A DNA stretch of 58,774 nucleotides from Cyanophyceae cyanobacterium (GTDB taxonomy: Bacteria; Cyanobacteriota; Cyanobacteriia; Cyanobacteriales; JBHJGN01), in NCBI GenBank assembly GCA_050331735.1, contig JBHJGN010000033.1:1-58774 (forward strand). Reading direction: 5' to 3'. Positions 21,201-30,400 of this stretch are shown here, piece after piece. Both the position numbers and the translations under genes were made by a program. Each line of letters begins with the position of its first letter. Within the stretch, counting starts at the first letter, position 1. The notes under the pieces are model-generated. The model searched no databases. It was given only the letters and a program-made list of their open reading frames with translations, and was not told where the DNA came from.

Positions 21201-21312
21201 CCGGTTCTCGCCGAGGAATTGTGGTCTGTCGCGGAGGCTGACCCCGCAGTCGTTTGGCGAGGAGGGCACGCTTAGCGGCGGAAAGTTGGTGGGTCGAGGC
21301 TGGTTTATTCAT
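15259..21312 (-). CDS. NRPS: C-A(Ser)-T-E-C(DCL-like)
   Basis: C HHIISDAW; A code DVWHFSLIDK (Ser); T GGDSI; E HHLAIDGVSW and RTVGWFT; terminal C HHLLLDGWS. Confidence 0.95.
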   Translation of the reverse strand: MNKPASTHQLSAAKRALLAKRLRGQPPRQTTIPRREPGTMVPLSFSQQRLWFLDQLEPHSALYNIPFALHIQGILDVEALEQAITAIIARHEILRTNFVAVDGQPQQLVRKHLTVPCARVDLSELPERARAEFQHLAQQEGQKPFDLTRDALLRLTLLELGATEFVLLVTLHHIISDAWSTGIFVRELTAFYQAFSQNRAASLAELPIQYGDFALWQRQPLFEQTLQPHLRYWQQQFKTLPPVLQLPSDHPRPPVPTRGARLPLELDAQLTTALKKLGQDSNATLFMTLLCAFKVLLYRYTGQTDITVGSPVANRTHKATEGLIGAFINTLAFRTAVAGELSFRTALARVRETALGAYTHQNLPFEKLIDELQLVREVSHTPLFQVMLILQNAPSASLSLPGLTIAPLDLTTQTAKFDLTLIFTERAGQLLGRIEYSSDLFDAATVVRLRSHLLTVLNAIVANPDCLIRDLPLLTVPEWQQLQAWNQTETHYAQSGCLHQLVEAQVARTPEAIALTSENQQLTYAELNQRANRLAHHLQSLGVSAEVVVGVCLERSLDLVIALLGILKAGGAYLPLAPALPQERLAFIVADARLKLVIASPDTAISLGESPSLQIISPDAPEAECAPTNPSSRVAPDNLAYVIYTSGSTGTPKGAANTHRGICNRLHWMQAEYSLTAGDRVLQKTPFSFDVSVWEFFWPLMAGAGLHIAQPGGHKDSDYLVRTIVERQITTLHFVPSMLRAFLEAPGLEACRSLRQVFCSGEALTTELQAGFFSRLQAQLHNLYGPTEAAIDVTYWACQRSPQHSDSQGATIPIGRAIANTQIYLLDRHLNPVPVGVPGELYIGGVGLARGYDHRPGLTAERFVPHPFAQAQRLYKTGDLARTLPDGNLEFLGRLDYQVKIRGFRIELGEIEAVLQQHPQVHEVVVVAREDQTGAQKRLVAYLVRHPGNGNLPKDTAELGQTLQKWLQARLPEYMIPTTFVELETLPLNPNGKVDRRALPAPPRSRPPQETAPRSPVEQQLAAIWSELLGIPTVGIDDNFFELGGDSILSLQVVARAQRAGIQLTPKQLFEQQTIRALAQVVGRVKTVAHQQPVTGAVPLTPIQHWFFEQPLVERHHWNQSLLLTLHQPLTLAQLRAIAHYLLNYHDALRLSFHHGSTWTQTNLPPRDTVPCHGVDVSALPETQQTQAIEAAATQVQASLSLADGLCRFVLFETGFEPRLLFVVHHLAIDGVSWRILLEDFQMLYRQKVSGQNLQLPPKTSSFQQWAQRLQTYAQELSPEERCEARKPEAYPVFPNEDNTVATSSTVTVSLSLEDTQTLLQVSAASPTSIDEVLLTAVVQAYAEGTECSQVSIALERHGRESIFDDIDLSRTVGWFTTLFPVWFDGSNASPGKALQAVKEELRRLPHRGLDYGVRRYLSRTSEEDPTPHIRFNYLGQLDRGWTETAVDRGSDTTKLFSLAPESAGSNQGLANQQTHPLTVDGSLTQGQLQLCWTYSAPYRATVQALAHACVEKLRSLLAYCRSSHDYTPSDFPLASLNKPLLERLVEHYAPIADIYPLSPTQQGILFHALYAPSSGVYVTQMCYRLRGALNLSALQQTWQQVSDRHSILRTAFFWDTPLQIVKPYATVPWRVSDWRSLTPNQQQEERQRFLQSDRQRGFQLNVAPLMRLRVLRLAEDITEVLWSFHHLLLDGWSLPLVFQDVLLGYHRVCQGETVTLPARPYRDYIAWLAQQNLARAADFWRQRLRGFNTPTPLVSKEYQSAGSDCSVQRLTFPSETTTELKALAQRAHLTLNTLVQGAWSLLLGHLSGTTDVVFGATTAGRPPDLEGSERMVGLFINTLPVRVQITPAAACRLWLQELQTQQSQARQYEYAPLGQIQRWSDVPPGTRLFDSLVVFENYPIEADFDKPHSLQVESVQSLVNNGYPLTIRAIPGTEFSLEILSDRAFAPETGERWLKLLASLLRWLVEHLDATVAKGQDYLIAQSRQQQQQQAQVLTKRSLNKLQRTRRKAIRSSPEV

Positions 21313-24300
21313 GACCGTTCTCCATCAGGTTTTGAGCTTCTTCGTCTGAGAGGGCTTCGATTTCTGCCAGCACGGCTGCTTCCACCACGGCTGCCATCTC
21401 CGCCACTGTATGAGCTTCAAACACCTGACGCAGGGGTAATTCCACCGCAAAGGTTTCGTGCAGTCGGGATAACACTTGTGTGGCTAACAGAGAATGACCC
21501 CCCAGCTCAAAAAAGTTGTCGCCAACGCCAACCTTTTCTACCCCCAGGAGTTGTGACCAAATGGCGGCGATCGCCTCTTCTGTTGGAGATTGCGGTGCGA
21601 GGTACTCGGAGGCTTCCACCCTGATTTCGGGAGCGGGCAGGGTCTGACGGTTGACTTTGCCATTGGGAGTGAGGGGCAGGGTTGACAGGAAGACAAAGTG
21701 ATTGGGGATAGCGTAGGTGGGGAGGAACTGCTGTAAAAATTCCCGCAGTGCTGAAGTTGAGGTTGCCTGTTCCCCGTTGCCCTCGGTCGGCACGATATAG
21801 GCAACGAGTTGAGGGTGATTGGAGTCATTTTTGCGAAGCTGAACGACAGCCTGTTGCAGGTCGGGATGCCGTCCGAGGTGCGCTTCAATTTCTCCGAGTT
21901 CGAGGCGAAAGCCGTGAAGCTTGACCTGTAAATCCGTTCGGCGGAGAAACTCGATCGTGCCATTGGGGAGGGTCCGTGCCCAATCTCCAGTGCGATACAG
22001 GCGATCGCCGGGAACATCAGCAAAGGGATTGGGGATAAAGCGCTGCGCCGTCAGGCTTGGGCGCTGCCAGTAGCCTCGCGCCACACCCGCCCCACCAAGG
22101 TAGATTTCTCCAGGAACTCCCATCGAGACGGGGTGGAGATGCTCATCCAACACCCAAATTTGGGTGTGGGCGAGTGCCCGTCCGAGGGGCACAGTGACCG
22201 CTATTTTGGAGTCGAGGGCTTCCCACTCTAGAGCACCAGCGATCGCCCCGACGGTGGTTTCGGTCGGTCCGTAGTGGTTGAAAATCCGGCAGTAAGGAGC
22301 GGAGTCGCGAATCTGCTCGACGAGACTCCAGTGACAGGTTTCTCCCCCTAGAATGAGGCACTGACAGGGCAGAATCGCCTGAGAGTCAGGGCAGTTCAAG
22401 AGAGCCTGGAGGTGAGAAGGAACAATTTTCAAACAGTCGAGCGGCTGCTGGCGACAGGTGGCGGAGAACGCCTGAGCGTCCGCAGCCCGTTCCGGGGCGA
22501 TCAGGTGCAGCGTTCCCCCTCGGCATAAGCTGGCAAAGAGCGTAGTGTGACCCAAGTCAGCAGCGAGGGTTGACACAACCCCATAGTGGGCGGCGGCGGG
22601 AAGCTGGCAGCGTTCCACGATACTGTCGAGATAGCTTAGTAGCTGGCAGTGGGCGACCGCCACGCCTTTCGGCTGCCCGGTAGAACCAGAGGTATAGATA
22701 AGATACGCCAAGTTGTCAGGAGTGACGGCAGCGGTTGGATTCGTTTCCGGTTGCTGAGCAATGTTGGGAGCTGCTTCCCCATCGAGAACAAGAGCCGTTA
22801 GGGGCACGAACTCTTCTCTAAACAAGGACTTCTGCGTGACTAGCAGGGGCACTTGAGCATCCCGCAGCCGGAAATTCACGCCGTCGAGGGGCAAGGCGGG
22901 CTCGAGGGGCAGATAAGCACTCCCCGCTTTGAGAACGGCTAGTAGAGCAACCAGCAGTTCTGGAGAGTGTTCTAAATAGAGGGCAACGGGAACTTCTGGC
23001 GCAGCTCCTAACTGCTTTAGGGAGTGCGCCAGTTGGTTAGCGCGATGGTTGAGTTCTCGATAGGTCAGTTGCTGCTCCTCAACCACCAGCGCTACACGGT
23101 CGGGAGTGAGGGCCGCCTGACGCTCGAAGCGGTGGTGAATACAGTCTTCAGGGGGAATGAAGCACTGGTTTTGTCCCCGTCGTTGAGGCGCGTTAAGTTG
23201 GGCGATAGCAGCTATGGGGTTAGCTATAACGCTCCTTAATAGGTCTGGCAGTTGCTGCTCCCACTCCGCAATGACCTTGGCATCGATCCAGGCTTCATCG
23301 TAGTGGAGTGCAACGCTCACTCCTTGGCGCTCTTGAATTGCCGTTAACCGCAGTTCGCTGCGGTCGGGATAAATGTCTCGTTCGGTCAGCTCAAACCTAA
23401 CTCCATTGACGGTGAGAGCCTTTGGTCGCGCTATAAACTCAAAGCCAACCGGAAGCGATGGCGGGAGGAGGTCGTTAGGGACGTAATCTTGCCAAGCAGC
23501 CAGCGTTCGCTGCTTCATTTCTACCTGCCGCAGTAAAGCGGAGAAAGGGGTAGAGCTTTCTAACTGAATGCTTAGAGGCAGTGATCGCGTTATCGGTCCG
23601 CAGGTCAAGGTCAATTCCTCCTGTCGTCCGTCACAGTAAACTCCGATCGTAAAAGCGCTTTTCCCGGCGTATCGCCAGAGCAGCACGAGCCAGCTTGTCA
23701 GCAGCAGAGTCTCCAGGGATTCGGAGCGAACGAGGGCTTGGGCGAGGTCGGCATCGAGGGAGAAACGACGCACTTGGGGGGTAAACGAGTTTTGCTGGAA
23801 GTGGCGGTAGCGTAAGGGGGGCAGTAGCAGTGGGGAGAAATCTTGCTGCCAAAACGAGCGAGCGGCGATCGCTTCTGCGTCCGTTTCCGTCAGTAGCTGG
23901 TTCTGCCATTCGGCAAACTGGACGTACTGCACCTCCTGCGTTCGCAATGTCCCTTGACCGTAGTGCTGGCACAGTTCGCCGCAGAGAATTTCGTAGGTTT
24001 TGCTATCGGCACACAGAGCTGGAAGCGTTAGCAGCAGCCAATGTTTCCGTTCTGCTTCGCGGTTAAGCTTCACCAACAGCGCTCGCAGCAAGGGCAGCCG
24101 CTCTAGGTGCCACTGGCATCGTTCGCTTTCTCTAAATTGAGCGATAGCGGTCTCTTTCTCAGTCAGCGACAAACCGCTCAAATCTACTTGTTGCCAGGAC
24201 ACAGCTCCCTTATTTTTAACGACTTGTAAAGGCTGTTTCGCGCCGGGGGTTTGTTCAAAGGTCGTGCGGAAGATCTCGTGGGTGTCGGCGATCGCTAACA

Positions 24301-24445
24301 GGGCAGCCCGTAGCGCCTCTATCTGAAGCGCGCCGTGCAGTCGCATCGTACACTGAGCAGGAAGCACGTTCCCCGTAGCTTGCTGCTTCCAGATGTGTTG
24401 TTGAATGGGGGAAAGTTTGTAACCCGTAATGGCAGAAGAATGCAT
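21305..24445 (-). CDS. NRPS: interface (degenerate C)-A(Asp)-T
   Basis: LPALCADSKT replaces HHxxxDG; A code DLTKLGHVGK (Asp); T GGHSL. Confidence 0.93.
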   Translation of the reverse strand: MHSSAITGYKLSPIQQHIWKQQATGNVLPAQCTMRLHGALQIEALRAALLAIADTHEIFRTTFEQTPGAKQPLQVVKNKGAVSWQQVDLSGLSLTEKETAIAQFRESERCQWHLERLPLLRALLVKLNREAERKHWLLLTLPALCADSKTYEILCGELCQHYGQGTLRTQEVQYVQFAEWQNQLLTETDAEAIAARSFWQQDFSPLLLPPLRYRHFQQNSFTPQVRRFSLDADLAQALVRSESLETLLLTSWLVLLWRYAGKSAFTIGVYCDGRQEELTLTCGPITRSLPLSIQLESSTPFSALLRQVEMKQRTLAAWQDYVPNDLLPPSLPVGFEFIARPKALTVNGVRFELTERDIYPDRSELRLTAIQERQGVSVALHYDEAWIDAKVIAEWEQQLPDLLRSVIANPIAAIAQLNAPQRRGQNQCFIPPEDCIHHRFERQAALTPDRVALVVEEQQLTYRELNHRANQLAHSLKQLGAAPEVPVALYLEHSPELLVALLAVLKAGSAYLPLEPALPLDGVNFRLRDAQVPLLVTQKSLFREEFVPLTALVLDGEAAPNIAQQPETNPTAAVTPDNLAYLIYTSGSTGQPKGVAVAHCQLLSYLDSIVERCQLPAAAHYGVVSTLAADLGHTTLFASLCRGGTLHLIAPERAADAQAFSATCRQQPLDCLKIVPSHLQALLNCPDSQAILPCQCLILGGETCHWSLVEQIRDSAPYCRIFNHYGPTETTVGAIAGALEWEALDSKIAVTVPLGRALAHTQIWVLDEHLHPVSMGVPGEIYLGGAGVARGYWQRPSLTAQRFIPNPFADVPGDRLYRTGDWARTLPNGTIEFLRRTDLQVKLHGFRLELGEIEAHLGRHPDLQQAVVQLRKNDSNHPQLVAYIVPTEGNGEQATSTSALREFLQQFLPTYAIPNHFVFLSTLPLTPNGKVNRQTLPAPEIRVEASEYLAPQSPTEEAIAAIWSQLLGVEKVGVGDNFFELGGHSLLATQVLSRLHETFAVELPLRQVFEAHTVAEMAAVVEAAVLAEIEALSDEEAQNLMENGHE

Positions 24446-24480
24446 AAGCAGAAGGAGGCAGAGGACAGGAGGAAAAGCGT

Positions 24481-27400
24481 TTATGATCTAGCGTCTAATT
24501 TCGCCTGAGTCATCATTTGACCCATCGCCACGAGAATCTGACGCGGACCGACGTAGGGCTGCCGTCCGTGGGCGACAAGCATATTGTCGAGCATTAAAAT
24601 GTCTCCCGGCTGCCAGGAAAACACCCGCTCCGACTCGCTATAAGCGGTATCGAGGGCGGCAAGTACCTCCGGCTCGATGGGAGAGCCATCGCCGTAGTAG
24701 ACCTGACGGGGAAAGCACTCCGTGTCGCTGACGCGGTCCCCTAGAAGAGAACGCAAAGATTTTTGAGTCGCCGGGTCAAGATAGGCCGGATGATGGAGCT
24801 GGAGCTGGTTAAAGACTAGCCATTCCCCGGTTTGGGGATGAGGTGCGATCGCTGGACGCACCTGCCGAGTTTGCAAGCCGTCGTCGTCTAACCACTTCAC
24901 CGTCATCCCCAGCTCCCGACTGCGCTGCTCGACCACCGCCCGCTCCCTGGTGCGGAAAAAATCCTGCCAGGATACGTCTAACCCCTTGATGTAGTTGCGC
25001 ACGTACAGCAACTGTTTTTGCTGTAAACGTTTCCGCACCTGCCAGGGCAGGGCTTGATACACCTGGCGACCATCTACCGTGGGAGTAGCACCGCCTTGCT
25101 GAGCAGCTTGCTGGCAGTAGAACCAAATTTTCATCGGCCACTGAGCCAGGTGAGAGCTTTCGTTGTGGAAGCGGATCGCTTTGTCTGAGGGGTAAGGCGT
25201 AGAACCATAAACCTTGCCGCCTGCGCCCGCGCGGGGCAAGTCGCCGTAATCTGCAAATAAATCGGGGCAAAGACCCTGAACCACCTGCTCAAATTTTTGG
25301 GCTGTCGGCACAGAAAAACCGCGCCAGAGAATTGCACCGTGTTGAAGGAGTTGAGTTTCCAGAGGCGATCGCTGAGCCGCTGCCCAGGTTGCTAAGTCTA
25401 CTCCATCGCTCTGGGGCTGAATCATCAGCAGCCCTGACGGTTGAACTGCTATTTTTACTAAATCAGCGGTAGCCTGCTGGACGGCTTGAGGAGTGACGCG
25501 CTGAAACTTCCGTCTTGGCGGTGGCACTGGCTGATGTTGGGGAGGAGACGAGGCGTAAGCGTTTGACGAAGTCAACGCTTCAATCTTCTGATCGGGGTGG
25601 TTCACGAGTCGTTCGAGTAAGGTTTCAAATTGGTGAGCCATGCGGTTTATAGTGGTAGCCGCAAACAAATCGGTGCGGTAATTCCAGGCCATCGAGATTC
25701 CTGTTGGGGTTTCGTGGAGAAACACCGCCAAATCGAATTTAGCCGTCCCCATATCCAGTTCCAGAGGAGTCAGCGTGAGGTTTGGTAGCTCCCAAGAGGG
25801 GACAGGCGCGTTTTGCAGGACGAACAGCACCTGGAAGAACGGCGTTGTCCCGGCTTGGCGGGGGGGCTGGAGGGCGTTAACTAAATGGGCAAAGGGCAGA
25901 TCTTGATGGGCGTAGGCTTGGAGAGCCACATCCTGCACGCGCTTCAGTAACTCCCGAAAACTGGGATTGCCAGCTAAATCAGTACGCAGCACCAGCAAGT
26001 TCACAAAAAAGCCGATCAGTCCTTCAATTTCGACCGAGTTGCGGTTGGCAATATCGGTGCCGACGATAATATCGGTTTGCCCTGTATAGCGATACAGCAG
26101 CAGGTTGAATCCCGCCAGCAACGTCATGAACAAAGTGACTCCAGAGGCTTGAGTTAAGGCAGTCAATTTGTCCGTTAACTCCGGCGAGAGCGTCAATCTG
26201 ACCGTCGCGCCTTGAACGTGCCCGGTTGAGCGAACAGAGTCCGTCGGCAGAGACAGAACAGGCAGCGGTCCCCCAAGCTGTTGCCGCCAATAGGAAAGCT
26301 GCCGCTCCCAAGCCTCACTGCCGAGCTGCTGGCGCTGCCACCAGGCAAAGTCAGCGTACTGAATAGGAAGAGGCGGTAGTGTGGGCGACGAGGTGGTGTA
26401 GGCGGTGTACAGGTGGGCAAGTTCCCTGATTAAAACTCCCTTCGACCAGCCATCGGAAATGATGTGGTGGGTAACAACAAATACTACGTGTTCGCCCTCG
26501 CTTAAGCGCAATACCAAGACGCGCAACAGGGGAAGGTGGGTGAGGACGAAGGGGGAGCGAGCAACCGCGATCGCCAAACGCTCTACTTCTGAGGCTTGTT
26601 CGTTAGGAGCGAGCCTTTGCAGGTCGATCAGGGGCAGCTCTAGCTCTACGCTGGCAACAAGCTGAACGGGTTGCCCTTGGTGAACAGTAAACCGGGTACG
26701 CAGAATTTCGTGCCGCTGCACAATAGCCCGAAAACTCTGGTGCAGGGCTGCTAAATTTAAGGCTCCCGTCAACCGCACAGCAGACAGCTCGTTATAGTCT
26801 CCAGTGCCGGGTGCGAGCTGCTCCATAAACCACAGTCGTTCTTGGGCAAAAGCCAACGGTAGAGGCTGGTCGCGGGAAACGGGTTCGATGGTTGGTAATT
26901 TGAAGGGATTGGCGTGGTTTTGAACCCAGGCAGCAAGTTCGGCAATGGTAGGAGACTCGAAAAGCTGGCGCAACGGCACTTCTACAGCAAATGTCTGACC
27001 AACGCGGGTGATAACTTGTGTAGCTAGGAGGGAGTGACCGCCCAGGTCGAAGAAGTTTGCTGTCACGCTCATATCCTTGACTGTTAGCACAGACTGCCAA
27101 ATGCGAGCGATTTTAGCTTCAGTAGGGGTGCGGGGGGGAACGTGGTCCTCCGACGAAAGCGGGGTAGGAGCCGGTAAAGCGCGGCGGTCAATTTTACCGT
27201 TAGGCGTGAGGGGCAGAGCCTGGAGGCGCACAAACTGTTGGGGAATGGCGTAGGATGGCAGTCGCTGCTGTAAAAACTCGCGGAGTTCTGCTGATTCTGT
27301 CGGCGCTACGGGAACGATGTAAGCCACTAGAGAATCTCCGGCTGCCACCGCTACCGCCGTCTCCACACGGGGATGGGCTTGCAGACAGGTTTCAATTTCT

Positions 27401-30400
27401 GCCAATTCCAGGCGGTGCCCCCGGACTTTCACCTGGCGATCGCACCGTCCCAGAAATTCTAAAGTCCCGTCCGGTTTCCAGCGAGCCAAGTCCCCAGTCC
27501 GATAGAGTCGGCTCCCCGGCTGGTCGCTGAAGGGATCGGGGATAAACTGCTCGGCGGTTAGTTGAGGACGCTGAAGATAGCCCCGCGCCACTCCCTTCCC
27601 GCCAATACACAGTTCTCCGGGAACACCGATGGGCACGGGATTGTCAGCGGAGTCGAGCAGGTAAATTTGGGTGTTGGCGATCGCCCGACCAATGGCCACC
27701 GCGCCGTCCCCCTCGACAACTGGGTGGATGGTCGACCAGACGGTGGTTTCCGTCGGTCCGTACAGATTCCAAACGCAGCGAGCGCGAGAACGAAGCTGTC
27801 GGGCGAGTTGGGGAGCCAAGGCTTCCCCGCCACACAGAAGCTGCAAATGCCGCTCTCCCGACCACCCCGCCGCCAGCAACAACCGCCAGGTAGCCGGAGT
27901 GCCCTGCATCACCGTGACCCCGGCCTCCTGCATCTGCGTCATCAGTAACCGCCCGTCCGCTACCATGTGTCGAGGGGCTAACACCACCGTCGCTCCCACC
28001 GTTAAGGGCAGAAATAGCTCTAAAACCGCAATGTCGAAGGACAAAGAAGTAACGGCTAGCCAGACATCCTGCTCCTTGAGCTGTAGGTGTTGCTGCATGG
28101 CACAGAGGAAATTGGCAACGGCTCGATGGGGAATTTGAACACCTTTGGGTTTTCCGGTGGAGCCGGATGTGTAGATGATATAGGCGAGCTGTTCGGCGAT
28201 AACGGGATGGGAATTGCTGATGCTACGGTCCGCCTCAACGCGATCGACACAGATCACGGTTGCCTGATGCTTAGGGAGAGCAGAGAGCAAGTCCGTTTGA
28301 GCAAGCAGTACCGATACCTGAGCGTCGCTCAAGATCGAGGCGATGCGTTCTTGAGGATAGCTTGGGTCGAGAGGGATATAGGTTCCGCCTGCCTTGAGAA
28401 CAGCCAGGAGGGCAACGAGTAGAGCTGGCGATCGCTCTAGATAAATCCCCACCCGCACTTCTGGTCGTACTCCCTGCTGGCATAAATAGGCGGCGAGTTG
28501 ATTGGCGCGACGGTCGAGTTCAGCATAGGTAAGCTGTGCTTCACCACAGCGCACCGCTACTCTTTCAGGAGTTCGTGCGACCTGACGCTCGATTTGCGGC
28601 AGAAACAGCTCGTCAGTGTCCCGGTCGGTTTGATTCCACTCCACCAGAAGCTGCTGCCGTTCGCCGTCCCTTAACAGAGGCAAGGTTTGTAAACGTTCGT
28701 CAGGTCGAGCAACGATTCCTTCTAGGAGCGTTTGCAAGTGACCCAACAGGCGCTCGATCGTTGTTCCCTCAAACAAATCGCAGCTAGATTCAATCTGAGC
28801 AGCGATTCCGGCATCGGTGACGGTGATTTCTAGGGTGAGGTCAAATTTTGCCGTTTGGCGCGGGACGGGGAGATGAGTGAGGGTGAGTCCCGGCAGGGAG
28901 AGCGCGGCGGTAGGAGCGTTTTGCAGGACGAATAACACCTGAAAGAGCGGCGTATAGCTAAGATTGCGGTTGGGTTGCAGATCCTCAACGAGCTTCTCAA
29001 AGGGGAGATCCTGATGGGCGTAGGCTCCAAGAGCCGTTTCGCGGACCTGCCCCAAAAACTCGCGAAAGCTCAGTTCTTCAGAGGGATAAGTGCGCAGCAC
29101 TAAGGTATTGACAAAAAAGCCAATTAGCCCTTCGATTTCTCGGTGATTGCGGTTGGCAATCGGAGTGCCGACGGAGAGATCGGTCTGACCAGAGGTGCGA
29201 AACAGCAGGACTTTAAAGGCCGCCAGCAAGGTCATAAACAAGGTAACGTTCTGCTCTTGGCTGAACTGCTGTAGGGCTTTGGTCAGCGTCGGCGGGAAGG
29301 AGCGCGAGCGCACGTCGCCCCGGAAGGATTGCACTGGGGGACGGGGGCGATCGCTGGGTAAGGACAACAGAGGCAGTGCGTCTTGAAGCTGCGAGCGCCA
29401 GTAGCTCAGTTGAGCCTCCATTTCCCCCTGGAGCCACTGCTGTTGCCAGTGGGCAAAATCTACGTATTGAAGGGGGAGTTTCGGGAGCGGGTCGGGCTGT
29501 CCCTGAGAGAAAGCGTTGTACAGCACCGCTAACTCCCGCGTGAGGATTCCCAAGGACCAGCCATCGGCAATAATATGGTGGAGCATGACGAACAGCACAG
29601 ACTGCTGGGCTTGCCGTCGCACCAGGGTTAAGCGCAGCAGCGCTCCTGCTGCCAGGTCAAACGGACGCTCCTGTTCCCGGTGCGCTAAACGTTGGACTTC
29701 TAGCTCCTGTTCGTTCGGGGTCAACGCCTGTAAATCCACCACTGGAATTGTCACTGCCCCCGTAGGAGAAATGACCTGTACGGGCTGACCGTCGGCAGCG
29801 GGAAAGGTCGTTCGGAGGGTGGCGTGACGTTGAATGATGGCGTTGATGCTCTGCTCTAGGGCAGCAACATCCAGATGACCTCGCATCTCGATGGCGGCGG
29901 GAATGTGGTACGAGGATTCGGGTTCGAGGCGGTGGAGAAACCACAGCCGCTTTTGGGCAAAGGACAGGGGCAGTGCTCCCGTGTGGGGGATGGGGGTAAT
30001 GGTTCGCTCCGAGGCAGGTGAGGGCTGACGGGACTGGAGAGCTTGAATGCGCTCGGCGAGTTGGGCAATGGTGGGAGACTCGAAGAGGGTACGGAGGGGC
30101 AAAGTTACCTCAAACTGCTCCTCAATACGAGAGACGAGCTGAGTGGCGAGGAGCGAGTGTCCGCCGAGCTTGAAGAAGTTGTCCTCTACACCCAGCACAT
30201 CCTGCCCTAACACCGCTTGCCACAGGCGGACTAAAGCCTCCTCCATGGCTGTACGCGGAGGGAGAAACGCCGTGGCGACCGCCGCCCTTAGCTGGTGAGG
30301 ATCGGGGTCAGGGAGCGCTCGCCGATCGACTTTGCCGTTGGGAGTGAGAGGCAGAGTTGCCAAGGAGACAAACGCTGCCGGAATCATATATTCTGGAACC

